Positions 1-12,637 of a DNA stretch of 64,000 nt are shown in pieces. The translations under genes were made by a program, and so were the position numbers. The stretch comes from Vicugna vicugna (Eukaryota), in assembly GCA_013265495.1 (NCBI GenBank), contig MU062811.1, positions 3,009,462 to 3,073,461 on the forward strand, in the 5' to 3' direction. The notes under the pieces were generated by a model, which saw nothing but the letters and a program-made list of their open reading frames with translations, had not been told where the DNA came from and ran no database searches. The number at the start of each line of letters is the position of its first letter. Positions within the stretch are counted from its first letter, which is position 1.

Positions 1-399
1 ATCCCCTTTGAAACACCTCAGTTTAGCATTTCCATCACACTACATTAGATGGGCTGATTAGAGCCCCAGACCAGGAGGCTCTGTGGCATACTGTCTAAGA
101 GCTAGTGTTCTGGAGTTCAGAGATGTAGATTTAAATCCCGGCTGTGTAACCTTGGGCAACCTACCTAATAGCTCTGCATCTGGACCATCATATGTCAAAT
201 GAAGGAGCTGAGTCCAGATTGTCACTTTTCCTCTTTCTACTGTTGGTAGAGCTAAAAATTTTCATTAAATTTTTACCAGTTAATACAGACACATGGCACA
301 AAGTACACAAGAGTGTGCATCCTTCCCTCCAAGACCTCAGTTCTTCTTGAGGGTAACAACTGTTACCAGTTCCTTGTGTATCTTTCCATTCCATTAGTT

Positions 400-905
400 A
401 GCAAATATTTATCCAGCACCTGCTAGGTGTTCATGCTTGGTCTACATCACTGAACAAAACGAAGACCCCTACCCTTTGTAAAGTTACATTCTACTGATAG
501 GAAACAGACCGTAAACTGTAAACGTGGTACCTATGCACACAGAATGATAGAATGTTAGAGGGCGATTAGTACTGTGGAAAAAAGAAAAAGTAGAGGAGGT
601 AAGAGGAAATAAAGGGCAAAGGATGCTGGTTTATTAGGATAGTCCGTGTAAGCCTCACTGCAAAGGGAAGATTTGAGCAAAGGCTTGAAGGAGGGGAAGA
701 AGTAAGCCCCATGGACATCTGGGACCACAGCGCTCCTGACAGCTATTGCTAAACCTAAGGTGGGCGGGTGTCTGGAGTGTTCCAGAAAAGCAAGGTGGCC
801 AATTACGGTGGAGCGGAGCGAGGGGGAGAAAGATGAGTCAGAGGGGTCGCAATAAGGTGCCAAGGGGCAGGCTGGATTATTTTAGGCCTTGGAGACAATT
901 GTAAG
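400..905 (+). mobile_element. L2 3' fragment
   Basis: caaatatttatccagcacc...gtgagggaagatttgagcaaag-type L2 wording. Boundaries approximate. Confidence 0.55.
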
Positions 906-2306
906 AACTATTTCAGAGCTGGCCTGTGCACATATGAGCATGTATGAATCTATGTCTATGCATATGTTTATAACTACACCAGCAATAGCATGCTGTCCCA
1001 TTTTGCCCTTTTATTTTTTTGCCTAACTTGCCTCAAGTTCATCCCGCATCAGTACACACAGAGCTGCCTTATTCTTTTTTGATAGCTATACAGTATCCAA
1101 CTGTGTGTATTTTTATTTTGTTTAACCAGTCCCTTATTTGTTGGACATTACAAACAAAAACAATGCTCTAAAAAAAATCCTTGTTCATCTATTTTGCATT
1201 TGCAACTATATCTATAGTTTAAATTCCTGAAAGTGGAATTATATCTAAGCATAAGCATTTGTAATTTTGATAGATATTACTCATTATCCTCCATAAAGGT
1301 GATAACAATTTGCATTATCATCAGCATTGCATGAATATCACTTTTTCCCCACCCCCACCAATAAGGTTATCAGATTGTTTCATCTTTACCGTCTAATAGA
1401 TGAAAAATAGTCTCATTTGAGTTGGGTTCTCATCTCTTTTATGAATGAAGTTGCATCTTTTATGTTTAAAGCTGTTTTTTTGTAAACTGTGCAAGCCCTT
1501 TGCCCAATTTTCAACTGGTTTTGACTGTTTTGCTTTCTTGATTTTTCAGAGCTCTTTATATATTCAGAAAATTTAGCTAACATGTTCATAGTTAACACTT
1601 ATTAAGTTCTTAAATTGTGCAGAACACTCTCCCTACATGATCTCATAGACTCCTCATAACTGCCTTGTAAAGTATGTATTTTAATCACCATTTTACAGTT
1701 GACGAAATGAAGACTCAGGTAAAGTAATTTGCCCAGGGTCATAAAGGTAGTTAATGGGAGAGTCAGGACCCAAGCCCAGGTCTGTCCGACCCAGAAACCT
1801 ACACGTGTCTTGGTGTACCAATTCTGTAAGAAGTGAGAAGAGAGCCCTTAGACCCAGTCTGCCTCACCTGATCCAAAAAATCCCCATTCACCATTTGCTG
1901 ATAAATAAACACCCACTTTGTTTTGTTTTCCCAATAAAACAACACTTCTCAAACTTTTCCACCCAGGTACCCCTTAGAATAGAGGAACGGAAATAAGCGT
2001 CTTAGTCAGGTGTGAGGGACCGGGTTGGTGGTGGGGATTGGGGGAACAGCAGGGGAAAGCAGTGCTAGCCTGAGAAATTTATTAAAAGTTGTTTATTTTT
2101 TAAATGTATGCAAAATTTGCATTCTACTCTGTTATGTGTCCATGTTTGTTTTACTATACAAATGATGCTTACTATTACTTATCTTTGAATTCAATTGGCC
2201 CTCCAGGCACATATGCTACAGTTAGCATTTCTATTGTGGCTTCTCTCCCTGCCTAACTGCTTCACCCTCTCGAAGTTACACATGACCCAGGTGAGAGACA
2301 CTACAG

Positions 2307-2510
2307 CAGGGGTCAGCAAACTTCTTTAAAGGGCCAGAGAGTACTAAATATTTTAGGCTTTGTGAGCGATATGGTTTCTGTCGCAAGGCTCCACTTTGCT
2401 TTTGTTGTATGAAAGCAATTATAAATAAATATAAGTAAATAGGCAGGGCTGTGTTCCAATAAAACTTTATTTATAAAAATAGGTGGCTGCTGGAGGCTAT
2501 AGTTTGCTAA
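2307..2510. mobile_element. hAT-Charlie MITE (MER58A-like)
   Basis: caggggtcagcaaact ... agtttgctaa terminal inverted repeats; internal gggccag...gctgtgttccaataaaactttattta. Confidence 0.75.
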
Positions 2511-3888
2511 TGGAAGTGTTTTGGCATCAGCCCCTCTAAAAAGCAAACACACGCAGGAGAAGGAAGCTGTGAAGCTTAGTGTAGCATTTCCCAGAGTGTG
2601 TGCCTAGTAATTAATCCCGGGTGATAGTCCTGGAAAAAGGGTCCATGGTCAAATAACTTTGGGGAACATTACATACTATGATCCTGAATTCCCTCAGAGA
2701 CTCACAGTACATATTAGCATATTGAAAGCTCTGATAGGTCTTACAAGACACAAACCAGTTTAACTTTGACCAAAGAACCCTTTTATTCCTTCATATCCAT
2801 TATGGTTATTGGGAAATAAACTTTGGGAAATATTACCTCATGTGAATTCGTCCTCTGGAATCACTACTGACAATTCTGGGTGGGGTTAGTGCACAGAAGT
2901 AGGGCAGGGAGGGTACAGTCTTAGACATACAGGCACAGCTGTGGCATCTGGGCCTCGAGTAGCATGAAAAGGCATCATCAAGCCTGGAACAGGCTCTAGA
3001 AGGGAGGACACAGGAGATGCGGAGCCTCCTAGGCCTGCTTCAAGACACTTCCTCAGCAGGTCCTGGCCTTTCAGCCTGGTGTTTGGATGTGGAAATCTAA
3101 AGGCCTAGGACTAACTTTGCCAAAGTTCCAGACTTAAACCCATTGCTGTGCAATTCCCCACTGCTGATCCTATTTATGGATTTGGTGAATGTAATAATAA
3201 TAATGCTAACTAATGTTCATCCATGCTCTGCTGATGACAAAGTGCTTTTCACAGTCATTCAGCTGAGACTCAGTTGAATGTAACTTGCCTCTGAACTGGT
3301 GGAGTCATGACTTAAACCCACATCTGGGGACTTTAAGTCCTTTGCCCTGAGGGTCTGGCTGCAGTGGGGGCCCCTGCTCTGAGCCAGGCCTCCATGCAGC
3401 TAGAAGTCCCTGGTCCCACCCCAGCAAAAGTTGTGTTGAGAATCAACTGTTCTCCAAGTGCCATGCTCAGGTGCTTTAAGGATATTACTTCATTTAATCC
3501 TCCCAACAATCTTGCAAAGAAAGAGAAGGCACTGTTACCTCCCTCTGGGGAAACTGGACTCTAGGATAACTGGACGAAAATCAAGTCTCTAAATTACAAA
3601 GGATTTTTGTGGAAGTTTTAGTTTAGTGCTTGCCCTAGATCTGGAGGCCATCAGACAACTAACTTTACTTCCAGGCTGTGATGATGTGCTGCAGCCTTTC
3701 TGCATAAAAATTCAGCCCATGAAAGCCCAATATCCTCTCTATTTGCTATTGCATCAAAGGGATGGCTCATTCATTTGCACATTTAAATATATATTTATTA
3801 GTTATTTAAATTAACACTAATCCCATTATATTTTTACAGAGATCATGTATTTAACAAAAAATAATTTTTTTTAAAAAAAGGAGTGAAA

Positions 3889-4021
3889 GGGGAGAGGGTA
3901 TAGCTTAAGTGGTAGAGCACATGCTTAGCATACACAAGGTCCTGGGTTCAATTCCCAGTACCTCCCCTAAAAATAAATAAATAAGTAAAACCTAATTACC
4001 TCCCCCCAAAAAATTAAAAAA
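3889..4021 (+). mobile_element. tRNA-Ala-derived SINE (camelid vic-1-like)
   Basis: tRNA-like head with A/B boxes (tagcttaagtggtagagc...gggttcaattccc), AAAT run, cctaattacctcccc motif, A tail. Confidence 0.85.
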
Positions 4022-6407
4022 AAATTTTTTAAAGAAGTGATGAGTGGCTATTTTACTCTTTAGCAAATCTCCTTAATGGGAGACAACTGGATTTTCATTT
4101 ATGTTTCTGCTGTATCTGTTGCAATATCACACAGCATGCAACCTCTGGAAAACACTCTCCTCTAGAGACAGTGAGGGCAGAAAAAGCAGATAACGTGTCA
4201 GCAGTATTTGACATCATGAAACCCCAGAAACAGTCTGGAGGATTCTGTCTGTATTTTTTTTTAGTAAAGGAAGGGGCAGAGATGGGGGCAAAGGCAGTAG
4301 TAAGGATGGTGGTGGGAACAGTGAGACATGAGTCAGGGGAGTGGGCCATTCCTGGGGCAGGGGCAGAAAAAGTGGGGGAAGGGTTTGGTTGACCAGCTTG
4401 TTTGCTTATAAGATGTTGAAGGCAAAGCCAGAAGTAAAACTACAAGTTAAAAAAAAAAATCAGTAATTCCGCAAATGGTCATCTAGCTGCTAGATAAGCA
4501 GATTGGATTTTGGTGACCTGGACACTGTGAAGCTGAGACCCGCAGAGCTTAAGCCAAGTGCCAATGGCTCACAGGTGCAGGTAGGGACCAGACTTGGGCC
4601 CAGGTGCTCCTGAATCCACTAAGACTATAGTCCCACCCCTCTTGGTCTTGGGGTTTTGGTGTTTGGCACACCTCTTCCTTGCAATGTTGTTTACCAAACA
4701 CTTTTCTCTATATTGACTCACTTTTAAAACTTCTTTTAAAAGGAATTTTAATCTTACTTGCTGATACTATATAGTGATTATTAAGTGCCAGGCTCCATTC
4801 TGAACACTTTTCCTGTAGTGATTCATTTAGTTCTCATGGCAATGCAGTGAAGTACGTATGGCTGTGATTTCAAGGTCCAAATGAGGAAACAGAGGCACAG
4901 AGTGGTTATGGAACTTGCCCAAGGTCACACAGCCAGGAACACGGCAGAGGTCTGACTCCAAGGGTATATTCTTAACCACTCTACAGTTTCGTTTCACAAA
5001 ATTATCAAAAACAAATCTGCCCAGTTGAAGCCCAGGGGAAGAAGCTGAATATGGTCAAATGTTGAGCTTTCACTATTGCCTGTACCCTGAGGAAATCAGC
5101 TTTCTGCCCACCAACTGGATCCCCAGCAGTGACTCCAAGGCCCACATCATTCTTCTTTCAGGCCACAGAGCACGTTCATGGAACTCCTCCCAAGGTCCAG
5201 GCGCTGCTTGGGGCCCAGTGGGGGTGCAGAGCCAGAGGAAACCAGAGAGAACTAGACCCTGTCACTGAGGAGTTTAAGGTTTAGTAGAAAAGATAATGTC
5301 ACCACTATGGCAAGTGAAGTAAAGGCTACCGTGGGAGCTCACAAAAAGGACATTCAACGGGGGGGTTGGTAGGGGAAGGGTGATGAGGGAGAGCTTCCCA
5401 GAGGGGGCCACACTCAAGCAGCGTCTGGATTCTAGAAGACTGAGTGGGAGTTATCAGGCACATGGTGGCAGAGGAGAGGAGGTTTCTAAGCCCCACACAA
5501 GCAGGAGTATGGAAGAGGAGCATAGCATATGTGGGACAACTACAAGCACTTTGGCATAACCAGCCTTAAAGTTCCTGGAAGGGAGTGAGGCTGGAGGGGG
5601 AGGCAGGCCCAGGTCAAGTGTGGGCTTTGTTCTGTAGGTGGTGGGAAGCCATGTATTCATCAGCAAATACCCGCTGAGCACCTGCTCTGGGCCAGGGGCT
5701 GGTCTAGGTGCCGAGGATGCCACATTGAACAGTATAGACAAGGACCCTTCATGTTCCACTGGGAAAGGACACCACAGTCATGCAGGTAAAACAAATGGTA
5801 TGAGAAATGATGACAAATGATCTGGAGGAAAAAAGCCAAAACAGAGAAAGAAAATTCAGAGATTAACAATTTAAAATAGGGGATCAGAGGATGGAGTATT
5901 TGAGCAAAGACTGGGAGGAGTGGAAAGAGAGCTGTGTGATATCTGGGGAAAGAATATTCTAGACAGAGCTAATGTAAGTACAAAAGCCCTGAGCCATATG
6001 GATGTGTGCCTGGTGGGTCTGTGGAGGCCAGTATGGCTGGAGTGGCAGTTGAGGATAGCTTGGGAACTGGGTCAGAGAAATAATGGGGTTTGGACAGGCT
6101 GTAGTCAGAAGAGTGACATTTGGCTGCATGGTGGGTGAGGGTTAGGAGGCTGCCAGGTTGGAGACGGACAGACCAGGGTGGAGGCTGCTGCAGTGGGAAG
6201 ATGAGCAGAGACGAACATTTATGAGACCAACTTGGCAGCATTTTGGCGATGACTGGATGTGGGGAATGAGGGCAGAAAGCCAAGGACACCTCCTGCGCGT
6301 CCAGCATGGGCCTCTGGTGAAGCCTTTCATGGAATGGGAGGATGGAGGATTTGGTAGGATGGAGGTGGGGGAAGACGATGAGTTCAGCCCCAAAAAGGTT
6401 AACTTTG

Positions 6408-7163
6408 TATCTACACTTTTTTTTTTAAATTAAAGTATAGTCAGTTACAACATGTCAGTTTCTGGTGTACAGCACAGTGTCCCAGTTATGCATATATACA
6501 CACATATATTCATTTTCATATTGAATTCATATTGAAGATATTGAATATAGTTCCCTGTGCTATACAGAAGAAATTTGTTGTTTATCTATTTTTATATATA
6601 GTGGTTAACCTTTGCAAATCTCAAACTCCTAAATTTATCCCTTCACACCCCCTTTCCATTGATAACTGTTTACTGTGTCTGCAAGTCTGTTTCTGTTTTG
6701 TAGATGAGTTCATATGTCCTCTTTTTTCTTTTTTTCTTTTCTTTTTTTTAGATTCCACGTATGAGTGATATCTNNNNNNNNNNNNNNNNNNNNNNNNNNN
6801 NNNNNNNNNNNNNNNNNNNNNNNNNNNNNNNNNNNNNNNNNNNNNNNNNNNNNNNNNNNNNNNNNNNNNNNNNNNNNNNNNNNNNNNNNNNNNNNNNNNN
6901 NNNNNNNNNNNNNNNNNNNNNGTCCTCTGTCAATGGACATTTAGGTCGCTTCCATGTCTTGGCTATTATATATAATGCTGCTATGAACATTGGGGTGCAT
7001 GTGTGTTTCCAAATTAGAGTTCCCTCTGGATATATGCCCAGAAGTGGGATTGTTGGATCATATAGTAAGTCTATTTTCAGTTTTTTGAGGAATATCCTTA
7101 CTGTTTTCCAGCATGGCTGCACCAAACTATATTCCTACCAGCAGCGTAGGAGGGTTCCTTCTG
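6408..7163 (-). mobile_element. Young 5'-truncated LINE-1 (ORF2 end + 3'UTR) with 15-bp TSD
   Basis: Minus-strand ORF2 C-terminal peptide ([24 protein letters not shown]); perfect TSD aaaaggttaactttg at 6393-6407 and 7164-7178; spans an N gap. Confidence 0.9.
6774..6921. other. Assembly gap (148 N)
   Basis: N run inside an L1 copy. Confidence 0.99.
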
Positions 7164-7877
7164 AAAAGGTTAACTTTGATATGCCTGCAGGGCATCCAAG
7201 TGGAGCCCAGAGGCAAACAGTTTTTCTTAGACTGACAGAAATTTTGCTAAAGACAGGAATCCTCTTTGAACAGCATACTAATACAGTTATGTCTTGTGTA
7301 GCTGCACAGATATCACAATCTGTAGTTTTCTAGGTCAGTCTGGGGCCTAAAATATGTAAAAGATTTATTTGTTTAAAATGTTACCAAAACATCACTGAAA
7401 AACAAGTTAATTACGAAGTGCAAAGTTCACCTAATACCACTGAATTAGGCCTTGCTGTGGACTAAATGTTTGTGTTCCCCCAGAACTCACATGAGACGGT
7501 GTTTGGAGGTATGTACTTTGGGAGGTAATTAGGGTTAGAGGAGACCACGAGAGTGTAGGTTCTGTCCAAGCCCAGCCAAGCCCTGTGTTCCAGGCTTTCT
7601 GAGCTTCATCTCATCCCTGAGAGATGTTGACATGCTCGCTCCACAGATGAATAAATTGTCACAGAAGCAGAGCAACATGCTGAAGGTCTTATAGTTAATA
7701 AGTGATAGATTAAAATGCAGAACTTGTCCTTCCATGGACACGATCAAGAAACTGAAAGCCACCCCACAGGATGGGAAGAAAGATTTACAAATTGTATACC
7801 TGATAAGGGAATTGTATCTAGAATATATATTTTTTTAAAAATACAGCTCAATAATAAAAAGACAAATAACTCAACTT

Positions 7878-7997
7878 GGGGGGAAGGGGAGATAATTAGA
7901 TTTATTTATTTATTTATTTTAATGGAGGCACGGAGGATTGAACCCAGGACCTCATGCGTGCTACGCATGCACTTTACCACTGAGCTATACCCTCCCC
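7878..7997 (-). mobile_element. tRNA-Ala-derived SINE (vic-1-like), inserted in an older L1
   Basis: Reverse complement of the same head and ctaatta motif; older L1 3' sequence on both sides. Confidence 0.85.
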
Positions 7998-8019
7998 ACC
8001 AATTTTTAAATAAGCAAAG

Positions 8020-8157
8020 NNNNNNNNNNNNNNNNNNNNNNNNNNNNNNNNNNNNNNNNNNNNNNNNNNNNNNNNNNNNNNNNNNNNNNNNNNNNNNNNN
8101 NNNNNNNNNNNNNNNNNNNNNNNNNNNNNNNNNNNNNNNNNNNNNNNNNNNNNNNNN
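8020..8157. other. Assembly gap (138 N)
   Basis: N run inside repeat sequence. Confidence 0.99.
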
Positions 8158-8820
8158 GTAACATGTTGGCAAAGACGTGGAGAAACTGGAACCCTCATAC
8201 ACGGCTGGTGGGGATGGAAAGTGGTACAGCTGTCTTGGAAAACAATCTGGCATTTCCTCGAAGAGTTCAATGTGGAGTTACTGTGTAACCCAGCAGTTTC
8301 AATTTCTAGGGACAGACCCAAGAGAAAGGAAAACATGTCCACACAAAAATTTGCACATGAATGTTCATAGCAGCATGACTGTTAATAGCCAACAGTGGAA
8401 ATAATCCAAATGTCCATCAACTGATGAACGGATACATGAAATGTGATTTATCTCCATATAATGGACCATTATTCAGCAGAAAAAAAAAGGAATGAAACAC
8501 TGATACATACTATATATAACATGAATGAACCTTGGAAAATTACACTAAGTAAAAGAAGCCAGACACAAAAGACCACATATTATATGATTGCATTTATATG
8601 AAATATCCAGAGAGATAAAAAGTAGATGAGTAGTTGCCAGTGGCTGGGAGGGGATGGGGAAAATGGGGAATGACTGCTAATGAGTATGAGGTCTATTTTG
8701 GAGGTGATGAAAATATCTGAATTGATTGTGGTGATTATTGTACAGCTCTGAGAGTTTACCAAAAACCATTGGATTACACACGTTAGATATGCTTTTTAAA
8801 AACATTTTTTTGGAGAGACA

Positions 8821-8914
8821 GGTAATTAGGGTTTTATTTACTTATTTATTTTTTAATAGAGGTACTGGGGATTGAGTTAAGCATGTGTTCTACTGCTGAG
8901 CTATACCCTCCCCC
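8821..8914 (-). mobile_element. tRNA-Ala-derived SINE, internally deleted
   Basis: ggtaattagg...gaggtactggggattga[deletion]...actgctgagctataccctcccc. Confidence 0.75.
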
Positions 8915-11471
8915 TTTGAATTACACACTTTAAATGGATGACTTTTATATGAATTATAGCTCAAAAAAACTGGTACATAAAAAAATAAGTGGTAGAGACT
9001 GGGTGACTCCAGAGCCTGCATCCTTCTGCTACAATGGAGGAGGGGAGAACAAGACACCAGAGGGTCCTTTTTGATGTTGGTGCCATCTTATGTCTGCCAG
9101 AGAGGCCCCACTGCCCACTGCCCCACCACCATTAAAGTCTCCTGTCCTCCAGAGTCCTAACTGGTGTCAGCTCTTAACCCTGAACTCAGCCAAGAGCCCA
9201 GAGCACTGGCCTAGGCATGGCGAAAAAAGAAAAACCAACCATATTAAGCACCTACTATGTGCTGGACAAGTCAGCATGCCAGATAGATGGTTTTCTACAA
9301 TCCTTGCATTTAATGCTCACAGGGAGCCCTGAATCTAAGTGCTCATCCTCTTTTCAGTGGACAAACCTGCCTTGAAGACAGATGACCCGAACCTTATTTC
9401 TAGGTCCACCACTATTTAGGGCCTTGGGCAAATCTGCTCACTTGGTTTATATCTATCAACTGAGGTGGGGAGGTGGGGTGCTGTGGGTCATCTCAAAGCT
9501 CTCCGTAAACAATTCAATAGAAGCTACTCACAAAAGTCTGAAGGATTCATGATATGTTGTTATTATTATTATAACAATAAATATATTTTAAAGCTTTTAC
9601 TACTTGCCAGGCTCTGTTCTGAGGGCATTTCGGGCATTAACTCCTTTATTCTTCACAACAACCAGTGTAAGCACCAACATTAACCGCTGTTTTATAGATG
9701 AGGCGATGAGGTCCCCGGTTCCCATGTCAATGGCACGTTGACAGCGTGGTGCCAGGGAAAGAACACAGGCTTTGGGGGACATTCTCCATAGACCTTAGAC
9801 AACTATCCCGCAGCGTCTCAGAGGCCACCAGGAAGTAGGCTCTGTTGACTAAGGAGTTCTCTGGGAAGCACAGGACTGGCTCAGGTGTTATTTGGAGATC
9901 TGTCCATTTATAGAGAGACACCTGCTGAGGACCAAGATTTGGCCCCTTGGAAAACAGACTGCTGGCTGGAGTCTGGAAACAGCCTGGGGGGTGGGGCAGG
10001 GAGGACCCCGGCAGGAGCACCCCAGGAAAGGATGAGGAGGCCGGCACTGAGGCATGTCTTGGGCATACAAGGGAACCCAGCCCCCGAGGCTCTGGACCAG
10101 AATGGGGATGGGTGTCCTCTAGGCTACGACCCCAGCACCTGGGGGCCAGGTGAGGGTGCCTTGCCAGCTGCTGACTCTCCGACCACCATCACTCACGGGT
10201 CTGTATTCCTCTATGCCGGAAGGGTCTGTGTGCCACCTCACCCCACACAACCTTTGGACGCTTGCAACTTGGCCTATGACTGCTTCCTGCTAGACCGCAG
10301 GTCACTGGGTTTCCTTGAACAAACTGATCTCTTGCAATTCTTGCATCACAGGCTCCCACTCTTCTTCCCTACCCCCACCCTGTGAATGATGGTATCAGCC
10401 TTAGCTTGGATCTTGTTTCAGGTGTTAAATCACTAAACCTCATTGGACCAAACTCCCCAAAATAACCACTTGCTGGCTGGTTAAGGCAGAAATTTAAGTG
10501 GGTTCCCCTGAAGGAGTTCTGAAATGCCATCCTCTCCTACTTCAAGGCCTGAAGGCCCCAGATCACCTGGAGATGACCTTTCTAAATTAAAAGAGTTCCT
10601 GTGAAGGGTGTAGCCCAGGGCATGGAATGAGTCCCAGCTATGCATGATTATTATAGTGGCTGTTATCCAATGGCTCCTCTAAGTTATGCAACTGTGAGGT
10701 GAGTTGAGGGTCATTCTGGGATTAGGGTGTAACAAGAATCTTCTGGGGCTCTCTGAAGGCGCTGCAGCCTGAGATCTTGGCCACAAAGCAGTGAGGATAT
10801 GGATCAATTTATGTATGAAGCTCTAGATTGCTTGGGGGTGGAGGTACAGAAGATTGGTACCCTAACCCTAGGCCTAATGATTCAGCCAGGGAGACCTGGA
10901 GGTGGACCAGAGCTGCTCACACAAGGCCAAGAGACAGCCCCTGAGATAAATTCACCTCCAGGAAAGGAGTCTGCGCTCAAGACCTGGGTCCCAGATTCTC
11001 CACCATCCATCCATGCAACCATCCATCTTTCCATGCAGTCAGTCATTGAAGAAATATTAGAGCAAGCCCACTATTGGCCAAAGAAGGGTCTTTTTTCACC
11101 CTTGCTGGTCTTAGTCTGTCAAACTTTTGGGGTCCCCACCCTACATTTTATCACAGATGATCAAATGCACCTATGTCCCGCACTAAGTCATATTTTGCTG
11201 TAAATTTTTTGAAAGGAATTTTATAATTTTGCTCTTGAAATTATCCAACTTCATGTAACTTGTTTCAATTATAATTTGCTGTGATGTTTTTAAGCAATCA
11301 TCCTGTATCATCCAGATGGTTTGGGGTTGAGAAATTCTAACTCATAAATCCTTTCCAGTTGTACCACAATTTTTATAAACGTTAAGTTTAACAATAAAGT
11401 CCATGAAATGACTTTATTTTCTAGGCATTTAATGAAATATATGGGTTTTTTTTCTAGTTTTGTTTTTTTTC

Positions 11472-11592
11472 GGGGGGGGGTAATTAGATTTATTTATTAA
11501 ATTATTTTTTAAATGGAGATACTGGGAATTGAACCCAAGACCTCATGCATGCTAAGCATGCATTCTACCACTTCAGCTATACCTTCTCCCCC
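11472..11592 (-). mobile_element. tRNA-Ala-derived SINE (vic-1-like)
   Basis: Full head in reverse (tgggaattgaacccaagacctcatgcatgctaagcatgc) plus gtaattag motif and T tail. Confidence 0.85.
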
Positions 11593-12151
11593 TATAGCAA
11601 TTTTTTTTTTTAAATTTTGGCTGCAATAAAAATTTTTTTTCCAGGCTCTAACATTTTTACAGTCCTTGGAAAGCTCAGAGGCCTTTGGTGTCTGAGAGAG
11701 AAAATGGCCCTGAAGGTCAGGCATATCAAGGATAGAAACAGAAGGGGATAAGACAGTCAAGTCCCTGCTCTCAGATGTTTACAGTCCAGTGGGAACAATC
11801 AAATAACGACGTGGCATGATGCATGCTGAAAGATCTAGTGTTCTGAGATAGAAGGAGGGGGCGCCTTTAGATGAAGTGGTCCTTACTTTGAAGACATAGC
11901 ATTTAGGCTGAGACTGGAGAGCTGGGAAGGAACCTGACCCCTACAGAGCAGTGGGAGTCTCTCCAGGCAGAAAGAACAGCCAGTGCAAAGGCCCTAAAAC
12001 AGGAAAGCGCTAGCTTGTGGACAGGAAGAGGGTCACTGTGGCGGCGGCTTAGTGAGTAGCAGCGAAAGGACATGAGACGAGTTCAGACAGGAGGGCAGGG
12101 ACTGGGGATGCCCAGCGTACAGGCCATGGTACTGAGTTTGGACTTCATTCT

Positions 12152-12637
12152 TTTTTTCTCTTTATATATATATTTTTTTTAACTGAAGTATAGCCAGTTT
12201 ACAATGTTGTGTCAATTCCTGGTGCACAGCACAATACTTCAGTCATACATGAACATATATATTCGTTTCCTATTCTTTTTCAGCATAAGTTACTACAAGA
12301 CATTGAATATAGTTCCCTGTGCTATACAGTATAAACTTGTTTATCTATCTTATCTATATTAGTTAGAATCCACAAATCTCATACTCCCAATTTATCCCTT
12401 CCCACCCCCTTGCCCCATTGGTAACCATAAGTTTTTTTTCTATGTCTGTGAGTCTGTTTCTGTTTTGTAAATAAGCTTTTGTTTGTCTTTTTTTTCTTTT
12501 TTTTAAGATTCCACGTATAAGTGATACCATATGGTATTTTTCTTTCTCTTTCTGGCTTCACTTAGAATTACGATCTCCAGGTCCATCCATGTTGCTGCAA
12601 ATGGCATTATGTTATCATTTTTTGTGGCTGGGTAGTA
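12152..12637 (-). mobile_element. Young 5'-truncated LINE-1 of the same family
   Basis: Same 3'UTR; ORF2 end (FAATWMDLEIVILSE); TSD tttggacttcattct / tttggctttcattct at 12137-12151 and 12638-12652. Confidence 0.88.

Larger units (their letters stand above)
7690..8790 (+). mobile_element. Older L1M-type 3' fragment, interrupted by a SINE and an N gap
   Basis: Degenerate ORF2 end and 3'UTR motifs (ggaaccctcatacac, tccaaatgtccatcaactgatgaa, gaagccagacacaaaagaccacatat). Boundaries approximate. Confidence 0.7.

Noticed and set aside
1-190. Possible 3' end of CCDC87, expected by synteny upstream of CTSF
   Set aside because: Only a 15-codon open stretch that I cannot match to the protein; needs BLAST.
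6761-8342. ORFs of 115-190 aa spanning X runs
   Set aside because: Artefacts of N gaps within L1/SINE sequence.
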